This document shows, in pieces, positions 21,815 through 25,579 of a stretch of 25,579 nucleotides of DNA. Numbering within the stretch: the first letter of the stretch is position 1; every line of letters begins with the position of its first letter. Source of the DNA: Psilocybe cubensis. Lineage: Eukaryota. Made by a program: the position numbers and the translations under genes. Where the stretch lies: the NCBI GenBank assembly GCA_017499595.2, contig CM038998.1:4650001-4675579 (forward strand). The letters run 5' to 3'. Below the pieces are notes generated by a model, which saw only the letters and a program-made list of their open reading frames with translations, did not search any database and was not told the origin of the DNA.

Positions 21815-23917
21815 TCACGTCGCTCTCCCCGCCAGTGATAAGTAGTGACTGCGCTAAAATTTAATGGAAAAGAGGGCTTGTTCAGAACCATTCAAAAAAA
21901 GGGATATGGACCACAACGTACCACCTGCACAATCTGCGACTTTGCAGGTTCGGGTATGTTGTCGATATGTTCCTGAGTCATACCCAACACTATCGATATA
22001 GCCTATAATATTCCCATTCACAACCACAACAGTGTAATTGAAAAGAATAGAGAAAATTGCATGTAAAACGGAACAAGTCATGAGGAAACATAAGACAACC
22101 TGTCAGTAAACAAACACTCACACGTTGTTGTTCTGGATCCATCTCCACAAATGCCGTTGCTATTTGCGCAAGCTGTTGTTGCTGCTTTATTAACGGAGGT
22201 TCGACAAGTGTAAGTGGGGAGGTACAAGGCGACAACGACGGGTCGTGGCAGATCCTATGTAACTCAAGGAGATATTGGGCATGCGCATGGGGTTTTACGG
22301 CAATCGACGATTGCTCCCGTGTCGTTGGCATCAACTGACTTGAGGAATAATGCAGGCCATGCAATGGGGAGTATGGCGTATACAGTGGGTATTGGCTATC
22401 TGAACCTGTTGGTCCTTGGTCGATTGGAGATTGAGTTAGAGAACTACCAGCCGCAGCGGGTCGTCGCGAGGAAGCGAGCATACGTTCAATCATAATTGGA
22501 TCAACAAATCGATTCAGTACGAGGGAATGGCAAAGTGCGTAGGCTAGCTGTGGGTACCTAATGAGCAGCGTTCGAGCTTTTTCAGGATATGTGATCACGA
22601 AAGCCTGAAAATGAAAAAGACAAAGGTTCCAATCAATACAAAACACCGCAAACAATGACGTTAAAACAGAAACTCAAATTCCGTTGCTCACCTTCATCTG
22701 AGCCAGGGCCTCGCGAACTTTACTCTCCGGTAACTCAGCCACGATCCATTTAATGTGGTCAAGTGCTGAAACACCACTCGGGATGGTTATCCCAGGTGGG
22801 ATATTCGCTAAAAATGTATCATTGTCATTCCACTGCCCTTTACCCCCGTCATTTGCATCCAAATGCATTCGGCTACGGTATTCGGATGACCCAGTGTAAC
22901 CCCTATCCATTATACGGCCTCTAACAGTCGTTTTTCCTTCCAGAAGAGGGTCCAAATCGGCCAAATCGACACGCAATGAACGACCTCCGCAGTCCGTATT
23001 ATTGAGATTACGAACAGCCAAAAGAGCAGTCTCGTGATCTTTGACATGAAAAGACAAGTGTCGCGTACGTGTGGTAGATATTGAAGCAGAGACAATGCAG
23101 TTTGCAGTTTCGGTGTTGATATACAAGGACAACGGGATGGGGTCGCGAATTAAAGTTTGATACGCACATAACAGTAAAGTATAACTGATTGCGCGGGTAA
23201 AAGGATTTCACATCAAGGAGATTTCAATGGATATAGGGTATACACATAACCATAACGGTCGCAGTATTCGAGGTAATCGAGCCAAGAACAAGCCGTGATT
23301 TGATTTTTGTTATGATTAGTGCGTTGTACACACATTGAAATATATTGGGTTTCACGAAGAATGTATCATTCGAAAAAGGATGCGGCACATTGTTGTAATT
23401 CGTGGATATGAGGAGTGAGGTTAATTCTGGGTAAGTTAAGTAATTCGAAATTCGACACTCACGCGTTTGGGTGTATTTGAGACATACAAGACAATCGTGA
23501 CAACAGAGTTGATATAATCGCATCCCATTAAGTAGTGTAGGAATGAATAAAAGAGAAACTTAAAGATCAGACATAATACGTGTTGATAGGCAGGAAGAAG
23601 CGAGATAGAAGTACCTGCAAATTCACAAAAGCCATAACCTTTTGGTTTTTCTGTGTCTCTGTCGAAGGCGAGCCTGTATAGAAGAGTGTATAGAGTTTAG
23701 TTGTAACCTCTCCCGAACAAGAATACGAAATACGATACCTAAATCCTACAACCTGACCAACAGCCTTGAAAATAATCACAATTTGTTCTTCTGTCATGTT
23801 AAAAGGCACATTGCCAACTTACAGGTCACCAATACGGACAGAGAAATGAGACGAAAAGGATTTGAGCACTCCAATAAAATACGCACCAAACACCACACGA
23901 CTTTTGCTGTTAGACAT
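21815..23917 (-). CDS. RNA15: Cleavage stimulation factor 64-kDa subunit / Rna15 (RRM + hinge + C-terminal domain)
   Basis: Exons 23917-23887, 23817-23739, 23673-23615, 23038-22692, 22604-22122, 22002-21922, 21853-21815, all in phase. RNP2 VFVGNVP, RNP1 KGYGFCEF, DHETALLAVRNLN..LRVDLA; hinge LAQMKAFVITYPEKARTLLIRYPQLAYAL; C-terminal VLGMTQEHIDNIPEPAKSQIVQVR. Confidence 0.93.
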
Positions 23918-23999
23918 AACAATGTCACTGTACAAACGTTTTACTGGAGCTTAATATATCAAATGCAGAGCAAGTGTCGTCAATCAATTGATTTACCGT

Positions 24000-25425
24000 A
24001 GACGTATCTTGTGACCCTGGAATATACCGACGTACCCGATGACTGTAGAATTGTATTTGTAGACGGGAATGTCTATGTATATGGGAACGTCCGCACTCCA
24101 AACTCGTCTACCGAAGGATATCCGAACCTTCGCACGGTGCGTTCATCGCCTTTCACAGATGCCATACAACCCGATATGTTTAGTGCGCCACAGAACAGGA
24201 TAGCCCATCAAGAAACAATAGTAATAATCCATTTGGTTATATACTGTCAGCGCATCGGCGTCAACCATCATTTCTCACCGTTTACTATACATACACAAAG
24301 TCCATCAGAATCATCATGTAACTTATACTTCAACATGCCGTTGAATAGTCTACGCAAGATCTGCCAACGAACTAGATACTTTGTTCCATCCAATCTCAGA
24401 TTATGTAAAATCAGAGTCATCTCGAAATTCGTTCAATTGACCAGACTGTATACAAATCAAAGTTTAGCTAAAGGACTCGGGACTCAGATGACTACTGGCT
24501 CCGTGTTAGCTGTCTTCTCTCGATTTACGAGAAAACGCAAATGCTCGCCAGACCGATCAAACCGTATTCAATGATTCTCGGAGAAAACCAAAGAAAATGA
24601 TCTACAACGGTCTATCATTTACGTAATTTTTGAGTCTGACTTTGAAGCTCTCCCCTCCCCGGGGAGCTCCTCTATGGGCTTGTCCGGAATTCTGTTGATT
24701 TTTGGGTATCAAATCCGCGAAACCGGACATACCTTCTCAGCAGGTGTACTTCCAAATATGGAAATTTCTCTCCCTGTGGGTGTCAATCAGTCGATCGACA
24801 CCGACCAAATTATAGCAAAAAAAAAAAAAAAAGTACGGTAATGGTACTATTTGATGACCGTGTATGATGAATTTCTTGTCTTTTTCTCTCTATTTAGACT
24901 CAATTTGAAATGCGAAAATATTCTTTGATGGTCAAGAATACGAATACTATACTTTTTATTGTTATTTCTTATAGGTTCAACTAGGATAACCAATTGAAAT
25001 CGAATCATCTCTCAAGAGTAACCCAAACTAGTACAGAACAACAAAAAGTCTGTTTTGAATGTCCGAAATTACATGGAAAGACTATTAATGCCATTATCAA
25101 AATCTAAAATGAAAGACTGCGAATGCGAGACTGAAGCCATTCCAGGATCAACGTCAAGACCTGGTTGAAAAATCACCAGGTCTTTGGCGACTCTGGTAAC
25201 GTCTGTATCAACAGGGCCATTGAAATGCATCTCAGATACGAAAGGTAAGTGGCTCATGTCACTAACGAAACTGACAGATCGGCACAAGCCTTCTTCGTTG
25301 GGTGCTCTGGGACGGTTGAGGTAGGTACCCTCAGAATGAATAACTGACCCAGATTTATGGCAAAACCGTAATAGTTCGGCAACTTTCGTGTTTAAATTTA
25401 TATAAACATTGGAAAAAATGTCCAT
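24000..25425 (-). pseudogene. Probable decayed multi-exon hypothetical gene (first exon = ORF 25425..25069)
   Basis: 118-aa ORF followed by intron-like GTAATT..TAG, GTACCA..CTGAT..CAG and GTATGT..CAG segments. I could not build a stop-free spliced frame. Confidence 0.3.
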
Positions 25426-25579
25426 TTTAATCGAAGTACAAGTTGTATTTGTTTGTTTACGGGGTGCTCTAGCTCCGGTGATGTGGCTGTAAAAAATTGG
25501 ATCTCTGGGTTCGAAGCTGTCGATAGTGAACCGAGGACGGGCTTTGTGTTTATTTTGGTAGTCTGCGATAACGTGTCGC

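Noticed and set aside
21815..21847. TAGTG at 21843-21847 as a CACTA transposon end, paired with CACTAC at 6460
   Set aside because: It lies within the last Rna15 exon (RSHYLSLAGRAT*); the match extends only 6 bp and flanks (ttc/act) give no TSD.
24011..24574. 187-aa plus-strand ORF
   Set aside because: GTG start, no recognisable motif, and local splice-like signals point to the minus strand.
24676..24733. Mini-copy of the 774-1071 MITE
   Set aside because: Match is short and overlaps a plausible GTATGT..CAG intron on the minus strand; may be chance.

Overview
Eukaryotic, intron-rich fungal DNA: ~45-60 nt GT-AG introns with CTRAY-like branch points, typical of an agaricomycete. Most ORF-track entries are exon fragments or antisense shadows. 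Manual splicing gives two intact housekeeping-type genes: a Cdt2/DTL-like WD40 gene (6217..4609, -) and an Rna15/CstF-64 gene (23917..21815, -). Between them lie a truncated, frameshifted PDR-type ABC transporter pseudogene carrying a TA-flanked MITE in an intron, and an ~11 kb block of orphan genes. That block includes a 61-aa-repeat protein, a Zn(II)2Cys6-like protein cut by a 109-bp insertion with a 15-bp TSD, and a small gene whose 5' half is duplicated in inverted orientation 14 kb away. The AT-rich left end holds a divergent pair of small spliced orphan genes, tandem repeats and TE remnants. I recognised no transposase, recombinase, RNA gene or CRISPR array. All gene models and alignments were made by hand and family assignments are from recalled motifs, not database searches.
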